IMG/VR virus record: IMGVR_UViG_3300020049_008107
Location: 9,735-73,734 of that record
DNA: 64,000 nt
Direction: 5' to 3' (one strand)
DNA from: a virus
Taxonomy: Duplodnaviria > Caudoviricetes
Shown here: positions 1 to 9,278 of the stretch, piece after piece
Position numbering within the stretch: the stretch's first letter is position 1
Layout of the letters: every line of letters starts with the position of its first letter
Made by a program: the position numbers and the translations under genes
Notes under the pieces: generated by a model
The model's database searches: none
What the model saw: the letters and a program-made list of their open reading frames with translations, nothing else
What the model was told of the DNA's origin: nothing

Positions 1-546
1 ATTCATAAGACGAGCTTGAGCACCCATATTTGCATCAGTCATATCACCCTCGATTTCTTGCTTTGGAACAAGAGCAGAAACTGAATCAACAACAAACATA
101 CAAGGTCTATCATGGGCATTTAATTTTGGTAGAATGGAATTTGTCATTTCAATCGCTTCTTCACCAAAATCAGGTTTTAAAATTATCATATTGTCAATGT
201 CAACACCTAAAGCCCTAGCATAATTAACATCAAGTGCCTGCTCTATATCATTAAATACAAAAATCCCACCGTTCTTTTGACAATTTGCGCCAGTTTGAAG
301 CATAGTAGTGGTTTTACCACCACTCTCTGTACCGTATGCTTCTGTAATTCTGCCAACAGGTATTCCTCCACAACCAAGTTTATTATTCAAACCAATACTT
401 GGAGTGGGGATTACTGGAACTTTTACAACCTGATCAACATCAGTTCTACCGAGTACTAGACAGCTATTTTTACCGAATGACTTTAAAATGTCGTTTTGGA
501 TAGTTTTTATTAGGTCTGTAGTCTGTGGTAAAACTGATGTTGTCAA
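1..546 (-). CDS. recA: RecA/UvsX-like recombinase, 3' end truncated by the window edge (not in the ORF track)
   Basis: Manual translation from TTG at 546 (AGGAG upstream): GGIPVGRITEAYGTESGGKTT (Walker A), NDIEQALDVNYARALGVDIDN, VVDSVSALVPKQEIEGDMTDANMGAQARLMN; open to base 1. Confidence 0.9.
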   Translation of the reverse strand, partial: MTTSVLPQTTDLIKTIQNDILKSFGKNSCLVLGRTDVDQVVKVPVIPTPSIGLNNKLGCGGIPVGRITEAYGTESGGKTTTMLQTGANCQKNGGIFVFNDIEQALDVNYARALGVDIDNMIILKPDFGEEAIEMTNSILPKLNAHDRPCMFVVDSVSALVPKQEIEGDMTDANMGAQARLMN

Positions 547-556
547 TGTCGAACTC

Positions 557-1597
557 CTAAAAAGCTTGTTTCATACTATCGAGGCAAACCTGCATATTTT
601 CCATAAACCACTTGCATGCAATATTATCTGCAGCATTACCAGCAGAAGCATTCCATTTAACAAAGGGTTCACCAGATACCAAATATGCTTCTTTAACAGT
701 TTTGCCCTTATGGATACCAGAAGCAATAACCGTACTCAAACAGGATTCAACAGTCATACCACTTTGTTGAGTAGTGTTAACTGGTGTTTCCCAAGGTTGG
801 ACTGGTATTTGTCCCTGTGGAGCTTTACCAAGTTGATTGCCAATATTAACTGGCGGTTGACTTGGTGGAGTCGGCATACCAGTAGTTCCAGTGTGCTTGA
901 CACCCCAACCAGAAATATCAATTGGTGGTATTTTACCAGATGCCATTTCCTGTTCTTTTACAGCCCAATAGACTACTGGATCAATACCAGTCTTCATATT
1001 GTATTCCTCGCGAGACAACTTCCAATCAAGTTCTTGAAGTGGCTTGTGAGTTGCCTGCTGAGTTAATTGCTGCCAATCAGCCGGAAGAGGCAAAACATCA
1101 ATCCGATAATCAGACTTGTCGCCTTTACCAATTCTACTAACGCGAATACAATTAGTGAAACCAGTTGGATTTTGATTGTAAAGGAAATCAAGTTGTTGCA
1201 ACTGTTTAAAACCAACAATCCAATACATGGTTTGATTGGTGTCAAGTCTTAAAACCGGAACAATCTGATATTTACCAATTCCATAGGGTAGCTTCTTACC
1301 TTCAGCTTTGTAATTTGGAAACCTAGCCTTGAATAGCTCATTTTCGAATGCAATTGGACAAGCCATTTCGAAGTTGGTACTAACAAGAGTCACAAAATTC
1401 TTTGCACCCTTATATTTGTGTACCCAACGAACTGATGGTTTAGTCCAAGTATGTGTTTTGTCTTGTGCACCAGTAAGTAAAATCAGGTTTACCGATGAAT
1501 CCGGAAGGAAATTGATTAAATCAATGCCTTGCTTGTATGGGTAGAAGGGCTTTTGTTGCCCTCCACCTTCACTTTCTTCTTCATTACCCCAACCCAT
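557..1597 (-). CDS. Putative single-stranded DNA-binding/recombination protein with small C-terminal domain
   Basis: 346 aa next to recA; IRVSRIGKGDKSDYRIDVLP resembles phage gp32-like OB-fold ends; P/Q-rich linker; C-terminal SGIHKGKTVKEAY...FVKW resembles FGKYKGK-type modules. Confidence 0.4.
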   Translation of the reverse strand: MGWGNEEESEGGGQQKPFYPYKQGIDLINFLPDSSVNLILLTGAQDKTHTWTKPSVRWVHKYKGAKNFVTLVSTNFEMACPIAFENELFKARFPNYKAEGKKLPYGIGKYQIVPVLRLDTNQTMYWIVGFKQLQQLDFLYNQNPTGFTNCIRVSRIGKGDKSDYRIDVLPLPADWQQLTQQATHKPLQELDWKLSREEYNMKTGIDPVVYWAVKEQEMASGKIPPIDISGWGVKHTGTTGMPTPPSQPPVNIGNQLGKAPQGQIPVQPWETPVNTTQQSGMTVESCLSTVIASGIHKGKTVKEAYLVSGEPFVKWNASAGNAADNIACKWFMENMQVCLDSMKQAF

Positions 1598-1600
1598 TTC

Positions 1601-1834
1601 TTAACCTTCCTTTGGGGTTTCTGCTACCACTGATTTCATAAGAGCTTCGATTTCGGTCTTGTCTTGGCTGTAAATGTTGATACCAGCAACAAAATCAGTG
1701 CCATCAATCTTGACATTTCCCTGAGTACTTGCGATGGTGACTGATTTTTTACTACCAGAAAGTCCATGTCTTTGAGAAAGATCAACTTTAATGGTAAGCT
1801 CGTTACCAACTACTGTCATTACACAATTTTTCAT
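1601..1834 (-). CDS. Conserved small hypothetical protein
   Basis: 77 aa, tightly packed in the operon; LTIKVDLS...SKKSVTIASTQGN resembles a widespread small family of unknown function. Confidence 0.6.
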   Translation of the reverse strand: MKNCVMTVVGNELTIKVDLSQRHGLSGSKKSVTIASTQGNVKIDGTDFVAGINIYSQDKTEIEALMKSVVAETPKEG

Positions 1835-1869
1835 TCTTTTTAATCTCCTTAGGATTACTTGAATTTGTT

Positions 1870-2904
1870 TTAATATCGTACTAGGTCATCTACTGCATTT
1901 ACAGACCAGTAGCATTTTAAGTTACCAGAAGCCATCAAATTGGCAACAATGAATTCCCTAGCTTTTTGGTTAAGCTCATGCAGATGAATGGCTTTTTCAT
2001 TTTCCTTACCAAGATAGTTAAGGAACGTAAAGCAGGGGATTGTCACCCCATTTTGCTCGCATGAACGACGATACAGCTCCATATCCCAAGAACCTATTCT
2101 TCTTTGTCTCTTTGTTACCGTTGTGATTTCTCGAAGATCAGAATAGCCGGACATTTCGGAAACGCGTTCCCAAGAAAGCTCTTGGTACATTCCACCACTC
2201 TCACCAGCAACGCGAATAGGGAAGGTGCGAAATACACCATACACATCGCGAACTTGTGACCAAGGAAGTTGAGCATAAGAAAGGAATGCTTGAGTGGTGG
2301 TGTCCCTAGAAGTCGTTTTGGGATAATGAGCACCAAGTACTGACAAACCAAATCCCTGACTTCCTTCAAGTAGAACTGTCCTACCATAGTGCATATGGAT
2401 ATCTAATACACAATACCTAGAAAGTTCTGGTACATCTTTAACAATGGTAGCTTTTCTTAATGCTCTCATACTAAGGGCAGCACCGATACCCTCCTGTGTT
2501 GAACCAGTAGACTGCCAAGGAAGGTGTTCCTTTTCCCATTCTTCGTTTTCATGGGTAATTACAGTTGCAAATGCCGAAATATACAATCTGTTCTTGATAG
2601 GAATACCAAGAGATTCTAGCATGCCAATTTCATCAATTAGAATCTTTGGATTGATAATTGCACCAGCACCAATACAGATGATAGCATCAAAATCAGTAAT
2701 TGCTCCAGATGGGATATGTCTAGTAACCACTTGTTGCATGAAATTATCGTCTCCATCAAATAGTGGAGCGGTATGCCCCGCTTGAGCGGAATTTACACTA
2801 ATAATAGTATCATACTTATTAATCTTAGCTAGTTTTGCCGCTACTAGCCCTTTACCCTCTGAACCATATTGCCCACCAATTACTACATCTATAGTACGTT
2901 TCAT
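1870..2904 (-). CDS. purZ: Adenylosuccinate-synthetase paralogue, PurZ-like (2-amino-deoxyadenylosuccinate synthase)
   Basis: 344 aa short PurA fold: GGQYGSEGKG (Ser where PurA has catalytic Asp), AGHT, EGSQGFGLS, YPKTTSRD, RTFPIRV, TTVTKRQRR, TFLNYL (PurA TKLD). Confidence 0.75.
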   Translation of the reverse strand: MKRTIDVVIGGQYGSEGKGLVAAKLAKINKYDTIISVNSAQAGHTAPLFDGDDNFMQQVVTRHIPSGAITDFDAIICIGAGAIINPKILIDEIGMLESLGIPIKNRLYISAFATVITHENEEWEKEHLPWQSTGSTQEGIGAALSMRALRKATIVKDVPELSRYCVLDIHMHYGRTVLLEGSQGFGLSVLGAHYPKTTSRDTTTQAFLSYAQLPWSQVRDVYGVFRTFPIRVAGESGGMYQELSWERVSEMSGYSDLREITTVTKRQRRIGSWDMELYRRSCEQNGVTIPCFTFLNYLGKENEKAIHLHELNQKAREFIVANLMASGNLKCYWSVNAVDDLVRY

Positions 2905-3020
2905 CTTTGTCTTACCTCTTACCTTTATTTCAGGTAAAATGGTATCGACTATTTCGGTGTTCCGTTCATTGCATATATCCCAAAAAAGGAAAAAATTTGT
3001 AGTTTCATTGGATTATTGGA

Positions 3021-3079
3021 GTTTCGAGCCACCCACCCTGCCTGTCTTGAACCCTTAAGAAAGGTTTCGAGCCACCCAC
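3021..3079. repeat. Two perfect 16-bp direct repeats GTTTCGAGCCACCCAC separated by 27 bp
   Basis: Copies at 3021-3036 and 3064-3079 in the intergenic region upstream of purZ. Confidence 0.85.
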
Positions 3080-3114
3080 TCACTCATATCGTAGAATCGA
3101 AAGAGCAAGTGAGC

Positions 3115-3870
3115 TTACGAGTGTGACTGGTTGTGTCTGATTACTAAATTCTGTAAGAATGGCTTAAGAGTTGACTCGATGTCATTCGCTATCTTACCAA
3201 AAAGTGAAAGCTCTTTGCAAACCTCTTTAATTGGCTTTTTATCAGTAATGGCAATGGTAGCTATCTTTTTTTCAATAGCTTTTAGTGGTGATGACTTAAT
3301 AGAAGCGCATAGTCTATTAATTAAATCGTTCATTTCAGTTTCTTGTTCAAATTTAGCTTGAACCGAAAATTTAGCCATGGTTTGATCTATGGCGAATGCA
3401 ACCGTTTTTTCCTTACTAACGAATGAGCCAATCTTAACTGTATTCAAATCAATGTCCTTCTTTTGGGATAGTTTTTTGGGTGTGATATAGTTGGTGTATT
3501 TTACCTTACATTCTGGACAGCCATTCTCAGTGTTCTTGTGGGTATAAGAGAATACAGTGTTGCATTCATCACATTGGTAAAATAACTTTTGACTTGATAC
3601 CGCTCTATAATAGTCTAGAGTAGCACCATAACCACGTCTTGCACAAAAAGCAAGCGGATTACCAACATCAAGTTTAGCTCTTCCAAGTGCATTGTACGCA
3701 GCGATAAGAAATGCAGACTTAATCTCATCTTGGTCATAGAGGTAATTGTGGTTTTGATGTGGTTTGAAGAACTTTAGTAGTTCTTTGGTAATGTGTGATT
3801 GTTCAGATAAAGTAGGGTTTTGCCCTTTTTGTATCTTAATGATTATTTTGTTTGTTAGTGTTTGTTCCAT
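3115..3870 (-). CDS. Phage sigma-70-like factor with CxxC...CxxC insertion
   Basis: Region-2-like DEIKSAFLIAAYNAL...AFCARRGYGATLDYYR; CDEC and CPEC; region-4 HTH-like EKKIATIAITDKKPIKEVCKELSL. Confidence 0.55.
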   Translation of the reverse strand: MEQTLTNKIIIKIQKGQNPTLSEQSHITKELLKFFKPHQNHNYLYDQDEIKSAFLIAAYNALGRAKLDVGNPLAFCARRGYGATLDYYRAVSSQKLFYQCDECNTVFSYTHKNTENGCPECKVKYTNYITPKKLSQKKDIDLNTVKIGSFVSKEKTVAFAIDQTMAKFSVQAKFEQETEMNDLINRLCASIKSSPLKAIEKKIATIAITDKKPIKEVCKELSLFGKIANDIESTLKPFLQNLVIRHNQSHS

Positions 3871-3889
3871 GTTAAATTCCTTTTTATTG

Positions 3890-3963
3890 TTTTATCGAGG
3901 TATTGTTAGTATCCTCTTTTGTCATTTTCTCATGGGGTACTTTCCTTGTCAAGCACTTTTTAG
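3890..3963 (-). promoter_or_regulatory. Early sigma70-type promoter cassette, copy A
   Basis: TTGACA-17 bp-GAAAAT with TG extension, then hairpin and CGATAAAA; 54 bp identical to 49676-49729. Confidence 0.75.
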
Positions 3964-4149
3964 GTTGAATATAGACTGGTTGTTTATATTGCTTAGAGCA
4001 ACTATCACTGCTTGCTTTAAATTGTCATTACTAGTAATAGCATTGAGCAATAAATCATACTTACCAGTAACATTGTATGCAAGTTCTTTGTTTTTAGCTA
4101 TGCGCTCGATAAAAGCGTCAAAACCAAGAATTTCTATCATGTCAGACAT
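3949..4149 (-). CDS. Small hypothetical protein
   Basis: 66 aa ATG ORF after the tail fibre gene; 3' end overlaps promoter cassette A. Confidence 0.35.
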   Translation of the reverse strand: MSDMIEILGFDAFIERIAKNKELAYNVTGKYDLLLNAITSNDNLKQAVIVALSNINNQSIFNLKSA

Positions 4150-4168
4150 AAACTATTATCGTGTTTTA

Positions 4169-5617
4169 TTAAGGTATATATGTTCCAACAAATTCATACA
4201 TTTCATATATGACAGCTTCAGGTCTTGTTACATTGTCAATGCGACCACCAGAGTCACCAAATGATTTATTTGTGGCTGTTGTTGTTGCGGTACTAATTGA
4301 ACCTGATATTGTATGTGTATGTGTTTCTTCTAACACTAAAGTGTCGGCATTTTTTGATACTGATGTATAACCTTCTGTAGCTTCAACTCCTTCAGAGGCA
4401 GCCATTTTATAGCTATTGCTACCACCACCATAACTTCCATCTCTAGCAACTGGAACCTCTCCTGGTGTGGGGGATGTATCTAATTCTGTTGGGGATATTA
4501 AATCGCCAAACATATGGTGTCTATGTCTACCTGCAGCACCAGTACTACCACCACTAATACTACCACTATGGTCATGAGTATTTTGTAATATGGTTATATC
4601 TTGTAATGAATCTGGTATCCTAAAACCATAAGCATATTTAAAATCTTTAGCTGAAACTATTGAACGCCCTTCAATTTTATAGTGTCTTGCTTTAGTTGGC
4701 TGACCAGCTATTCTATGGTGGTAAATGCGCATAGTACCAACACCAGCAGAGGCAGTGACAGTAGAAGGGAAAGTTAATGTCCTATTTAATAAATCTATAC
4801 CAGTTATTGAATAATCTCCAGCAACTATATTTCCAATTAAATTGTCAATAGTTAAACATTTCCAAGTTGTGAAACCACCATTTATATCTTTGTCATAATT
4901 CAACATTAACAATAGTAGATCAGTAACAGCGTTTGTTTGTAGTTGTATTGTTACTTCAGAACCATTAGCTGTATACCCAGTAACTGGAAATACAGTTGTA
5001 CCATCTATATTAACTAGAATTGATTGTAAATATGGTACATAGTCAGGATAAATGCTTGAATCTAAATCAACATTTGCTGATTTTAAGTTGAAATATGGAA
5101 AACTTGTTGAAATTGGTATGAGTTTCCTTAAAAATAGTGGTTCTCCTACTTGTTTAATTGATGCCTCTATTAGATCAAGTCTTTCAGCCATAGTACGCAT
5201 ACGTACATACGGTTGATTAACTAGGTCTACAGGAAATTCCTTAAACAAAACCGCTTGAGTAGGACTAATTATTGATTGTACACATCTGTATACACCACCA
5301 GCAAGACCTATCCAATCGCCATCATTTAGTTTAGAAAAATCAGTACCAACACCGGTTACTTGAGTTCCAATAGTTGATATTAATCCAAGTAATGGAATGT
5401 CTTTACCATTAATTTTGGTTGCGCCATGTCTTCTATTCTTTTCACCCATCAATTTCTTGATACCGAATAGTTCCCTTGACATTATTCCAAGAGTTTGATT
5501 AGAACCAGGCAGTGTGGCATACAATTCGTCACCATCACCATCGAAAGGATAATCAACATTATCCAAATCTTGTAATGCATCTGATTCGTTAGTTTGGTCT
5601 AGTACTGAAAATGACAT
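4169..5617 (-). CDS. Tail fibre protein
   Basis: Last gene of the baseplate module; HDHSGSISG, HRHH and THTHTISG metal-binding fibre motifs; C-terminal RPEAVIY collar-like end. Confidence 0.55.
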   Translation of the reverse strand: MSFSVLDQTNESDALQDLDNVDYPFDGDGDELYATLPGSNQTLGIMSRELFGIKKLMGEKNRRHGATKINGKDIPLLGLISTIGTQVTGVGTDFSKLNDGDWIGLAGGVYRCVQSIISPTQAVLFKEFPVDLVNQPYVRMRTMAERLDLIEASIKQVGEPLFLRKLIPISTSFPYFNLKSANVDLDSSIYPDYVPYLQSILVNIDGTTVFPVTGYTANGSEVTIQLQTNAVTDLLLLMLNYDKDINGGFTTWKCLTIDNLIGNIVAGDYSITGIDLLNRTLTFPSTVTASAGVGTMRIYHHRIAGQPTKARHYKIEGRSIVSAKDFKYAYGFRIPDSLQDITILQNTHDHSGSISGGSTGAAGRHRHHMFGDLISPTELDTSPTPGEVPVARDGSYGGGSNSYKMAASEGVEATEGYTSVSKNADTLVLEETHTHTISGSISTATTTATNKSFGDSGGRIDNVTRPEAVIYEMYEFVGTYIP

Positions 5618-6213
5618 TATAATTTACCTGCCTTTTTAAAAGTATAAATATCTGGTGCTGTTGAATATAAAACTTTGTTGCCTATATACACATTGAAATA
5701 TGCTGGCTTAAATGGTCTCAATTTTTCTATTAACCACAAAACTTGTGTTAAATTTGGTGTAATATCTAAATTAATGTATACAGTTCCAGGTATTTTACCA
5801 GTTATCACTCCACCACCAAAGCCACTAAGTAAATCACTACCAGCAATGACAGATTGTGCAACTATAAATGGAGTTTGAACTATAGAACCGTCATATATAC
5901 TAGAATCACCACCTAGATAATCATCTATAATTGGTTTCCACACCTCTTTAAAAGAACCATATATTTTGTGGATGTGCATAGCAGAAGCTGTACTTTTGCG
6001 TATGTCATCTTTAGTATCATATTTTGATATATAAGTGGCTACTAAAGCCGAAGATTCTAATGGAAATTCTGTTTCTTCTGGTATAAATAGTGTAGTTAGT
6101 TTTAAAATTCGAGATAGATAGTAACTATATTGGTCTTTTACAAAAGCTATCAAAGATATATACCTTTGGTCTGTTAAAAATTGCTCTGGTATTAGTGAAT
6201 CTAATTTGATCAT
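5617..6213 (-). CDS. Baseplate wedge/tail protein (P2 gpI-like position)
   Basis: Between baseplate J and fibre; LIEKLRPFKPAY ending typical of this position. Confidence 0.45.
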   Translation of the reverse strand: MIKLDSLIPEQFLTDQRYISLIAFVKDQYSYYLSRILKLTTLFIPEETEFPLESSALVATYISKYDTKDDIRKSTASAMHIHKIYGSFKEVWKPIIDDYLGGDSSIYDGSIVQTPFIVAQSVIAGSDLLSGFGGGVITGKIPGTVYINLDITPNLTQVLWLIEKLRPFKPAYFNVYIGNKVLYSTAPDIYTFKKAGKL

Positions 6214-7730
6214 AAATAGTTAACTGATATAGCACTTGGTTTAGTTATATAACCAGCTAGTATGTTTATTGGTGCACTTGGATTAGATACTTCTATATAG
6301 TCTATTCCACTTACATATCCCTGCACAGCTGAAATTATGTCCTGTGGTTGAAATCTTTGACCAAATGTTTGAAATGGAATATTGGACAACAGTTTAATTA
6401 ATTGAGCTTTATCTTCAATAGTATTGAAAGTATATGGTATTAATGTTGAAAATACGTTGTTCAATAATGAAACAACATTTTCGAAACTACTTGATAGGTA
6501 AGTGTCATTTATATACTGCCCTATCTCAGATACCCTAAGGGCAATAGCTAGCAATATAAACTTGTCGACCATTTCTAGTGTATACCCGTTTAGCAATTTG
6601 ACATTTATTGACGTAGAAACCAAATAGTAATTTGGGTTACGCATATTAATGGTTACATTTTCAAGTAGTGTTGCATTTATTAATACATCATACACAGCAT
6701 CTTTTAAAGCTGGAGATGGAAAACCACCACCAATTGGTATTATGAATACATCAACAGTTAATGTTCCAGTCTTAACTATTTGTACAACAGCTATACCACT
6801 AATTCTCAAAGCCAAGGCTACTCCAGAATCATTGTTGATAAAATGTTCGTTAGCTCGTACTGTTAGCTCAGAATTGGCTTTGGCTGATGCTATTGATTCA
6901 GCATCTTGACCACCTTGTGTTTGTGATGGGTTATTGCATGTAAGTAGGTTAGTATCACTACCAATGTATTCTGTAATGGCATTTGGCTTTACTATGCTAA
7001 TTATCCCACCACCAACAGCACAGTTTAGATAGATAGACAATCCACTAGCCGGAATAAACCCCTTCTGAACTAGGTCATTAGTGATACCACCAAATTTAAT
7101 ATAACTAGTACCATCCGATCTAAAATATAGTTTGTAGTGGTAATCAGTGGATTTTGAGTTAACCAAAGTAAATACCCTAGTATATTGGTTGCCATCAATT
7201 TCTAGTTTAATTGTTTCAGGTAATATGTCTGTAAATGGTAAATCAACAACTTGCCAACTTGAGTTATCAGTTGTTCCAATTATTGTTTCAAGTTGTGTTT
7301 CCTGTTGAAATACTTCAACAGTTGCGGTGCTAAATCCCATTGGGATTGTTAAATCAGTCCTTGCTTCGAAAGTGAGTGGATTGCTGGAGTTTTTCGCTCT
7401 AAAAATGAGTTGGTCTTTGGTAATTGTATAACTTGAGCTTGCTGTAGCTGTTGGATTTATTGATATATCAAGTATAGTTGAACTGGTTTTTTTCCAATTC
7501 ATCTGATAATCAACCAAGTTAAGTAATTCCTGTAGTTCTGGTCTACTAAATGCCTGACCTTTTAATAAACTATTAGCTACTATGTTAATTGTATTATTAA
7601 GTACATCAAATGGAGCACATACCATATTAATTACATGTTCAGGCAATTCTGCCAATTCTGGATCGGCTAATAATTGTTGTCTTAATGATAAGTAATCTCT
7701 TGTAGAGTATGATATTAATGATTGGTTCAT
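6210..7730 (-). CDS. Baseplate J-like wedge protein
   Basis: 506 aa; N-terminal YSTRDYLSLRQQL, GGQDAESIASAK motif; synteny after gp25-like gene. Confidence 0.7.
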   Translation of the reverse strand: MNQSLISYSTRDYLSLRQQLLADPELAELPEHVINMVCAPFDVLNNTINIVANSLLKGQAFSRPELQELLNLVDYQMNWKKTSSTILDISINPTATASSSYTITKDQLIFRAKNSSNPLTFEARTDLTIPMGFSTATVEVFQQETQLETIIGTTDNSSWQVVDLPFTDILPETIKLEIDGNQYTRVFTLVNSKSTDYHYKLYFRSDGTSYIKFGGITNDLVQKGFIPASGLSIYLNCAVGGGIISIVKPNAITEYIGSDTNLLTCNNPSQTQGGQDAESIASAKANSELTVRANEHFINNDSGVALALRISGIAVVQIVKTGTLTVDVFIIPIGGGFPSPALKDAVYDVLINATLLENVTINMRNPNYYLVSTSINVKLLNGYTLEMVDKFILLAIALRVSEIGQYINDTYLSSSFENVVSLLNNVFSTLIPYTFNTIEDKAQLIKLLSNIPFQTFGQRFQPQDIISAVQGYVSGIDYIEVSNPSAPINILAGYITKPSAISVNYL

Positions 7731-8110
7731 TGTGTCTCTATGGTATTAGAATTTAAATCTTTTAATTGTGTGTATAATACTTTAGCTAATAAATCACCAG
7801 TGCCAGTCTCAGACATGTCGTATTCTATATTATTATAGTCAATGGCAACTCTTCTTTCAGCTACTAAATTTGAAACGCTATCATTATAGAGCTGTATTGA
7901 CTCTATTATACTAACCGATATCTCAACGTCTCTTTGTAGTGTCAAAGGTCTGTTTTCTTTTATTACACTACCCAATGCCCTTGAATATGGAATTGATTCT
8001 TTTGGAGTAGTTACATAAAATAGTACATCTCCGGCAATCTCTCTATCAACATTTTGACCACGATTAACTATATTGTCAAAAGATGTAAGCTCATCGATAG
8101 TAAAGGACAT
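7727..8110 (-). CDS. Baseplate wedge subunit, gp25/GpW-like
   Basis: 127 aa; TPKESIPYSRALGS resembles the T.kGER..rP.fG motif; precedes baseplate J. Confidence 0.6.
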   Translation of the reverse strand: MSFTIDELTSFDNIVNRGQNVDREIAGDVLFYVTTPKESIPYSRALGSVIKENRPLTLQRDVEISVSIIESIQLYNDSVSNLVAERRVAIDYNNIEYDMSETGTGDLLAKVLYTQLKDLNSNTIETQ

Positions 8111-8115
8111 ACAAA

Positions 8116-8123
8116 TAAATAAC
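8116..8123 (-). promoter_or_regulatory. Putative late promoter GTTATTTA, 5 nt before ATG
   Basis: Fixed-spacing motif recurring before nine start codons. Confidence 0.6.
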
Positions 8124-8135
8124 TAGGACAAATAT

Positions 8136-8300
8136 ATGAACCCATTTTTGAAATATCTACCAATAGTACTACTTGCTGCATCATATATAGATGAATTCGC
8201 ACCAGCAAAACCAAAGAAAACACAATATAAATCAGTCAAAAGAAGTAGGTCTGTCAAGAAAATGAATAGAGGTAAAAAGAGGAAACATGGCAGGAAGTAA
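8136..8300 (+). CDS. Small basic hypothetical protein (54 aa)
   Basis: Manual: MNPFLKYLPIV...KKRKHGRK; first gene of a plus-strand island. Confidence 0.45.
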   Translation: MNPFLKYLPIVLLAASYIDEFAPAKPKKTQYKSVKRSRSVKKMNRGKKRKHGRK

Positions 8301-8622
8301 CTTTACTGATGATGAACCAGTTTCGCACACTTGTGGTGATATAGACAAAATACTTAAGGAGTTGTCTTCACACAATAGGGAATTGTGCGACAATTGTGAG
8401 TCTATTGATGTAAATGGTGAACTTGAAGACCTTAGAACAGCTAATTCAACACTTAGAGATTGGGGTAATTATTGGGTAAAGAAATGTCAAGACCTCGGAA
8501 AAGAGAAAGATGATGAAATTAAAGACCTAACCACTAAAGTAGACGAACAGAAAGACCAAATTTATGACCTAAAGAAGGAGATTGAATCTTTACAAAAAGA
8601 GGTTGATAATTTTGAAGAATAA
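8287..8622 (+). CDS. Hypothetical coiled-coil protein
   Basis: 111 aa, AGGA upstream, coupled to neighbours. Confidence 0.65.
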   Translation: MAGSNFTDDEPVSHTCGDIDKILKELSSHNRELCDNCESIDVNGELEDLRTANSTLRDWGNYWVKKCQDLGKEKDDEIKDLTTKVDEQKDQIYDLKKEIESLQKEVDNFEE

Positions 8623-8908
8623 GAAAATTTATGTTTGGAAAACAAAAGGTGGTGTAGAGATTCCTATTACTGAAATGACCACCACTCATCTACAAAATGC
8701 TATCAAGTTTATGAAATCAAGAGAGGAAAGCTTTAAAGCGGCAACCATAGCAGTATCTGAAACTACGGCTAATTTTCTTCAAGGTGATCATGCTATAATG
8801 GATAGTGAATCATTTATACAAATGGAATATGAAAAACCAGCAAGGTATTTCTTGCCAAAAATCTACAGGGCTATGGTTAGAGAACTAAATAGAAGGAATA
8901 AAAAATGA
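8612..8908 (+). CDS. Conserved phage hypothetical protein
   Basis: WKTKGGVEIPITEMTTTHLQNAI motif; likely TTG start at 8612 with GAGG upstream. Confidence 0.6.
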   Translation: MKNKKIYVWKTKGGVEIPITEMTTTHLQNAIKFMKSREESFKAATIAVSETTANFLQGDHAIMDSESFIQMEYEKPARYFLPKIYRAMVRELNRRNKK

Positions 8909-9071
8909 TGTACATATCATTCTATATTAAAAATGATTTTATTGATTCTAGGTTACTAAAATACGTACCAAGATTAAATGAGGCTGTTTGGTTAAGAGGA
9001 ATCAAATATAGTGTTGTAGAGGTTGCCCATCTTATAGATCATGATGGTATCAGAATACAACTACAAAGAAA

Positions 9072-9278
9072 TTAAACTAGATTACCCTGTGCCGTAGTTG
9101 CACCAGATTGTGCTACAGCAGTTCCAGTTGTTGAAACTGGTATTCCAATTTGAACTTTATAACTACTAATAAATGCCTCTATTGCGTCTGCTATTTCTGT
9201 CGCTTTTACCGCATGGGATTTACCAGAAAGGTCACTGAATATTGTTGTTAGTGTTGTTACAAAAGTTGGTTTATCCAT
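9072..9278 (-). CDS. Small baseplate-associated protein
   Basis: 68 aa coupled downstream of the spike gene. Confidence 0.5.
   Translation of the reverse strand: MDKPTFVTTLTTIFSDLSGKSHAVKATEIADAIEAFISSYKVQIGIPVSTTGTAVAQSGATTAQGNLV

Noticed and set aside
488-1066. 192-aa plus-strand ORF and similar antisense ORFs (e.g. 3764-4264, 13624-14148, 28628-28978, 55492-55863)
   Set aside because: They lie opposite well-supported genes, lack motifs and RBS, and have shadow-like composition.
1870-2904. Ordinary PurA auxiliary metabolic gene
   Set aside because: The catalytic Asp and the TKLD GTP motif are replaced by the PurZ-type residues.
3021-3079. Possible CRISPR mini-array or tRNA fragment
   Set aside because: Only two 16-bp units, no palindrome, no cas operon; the TTCGAG is not flanked by a pairing T-stem.
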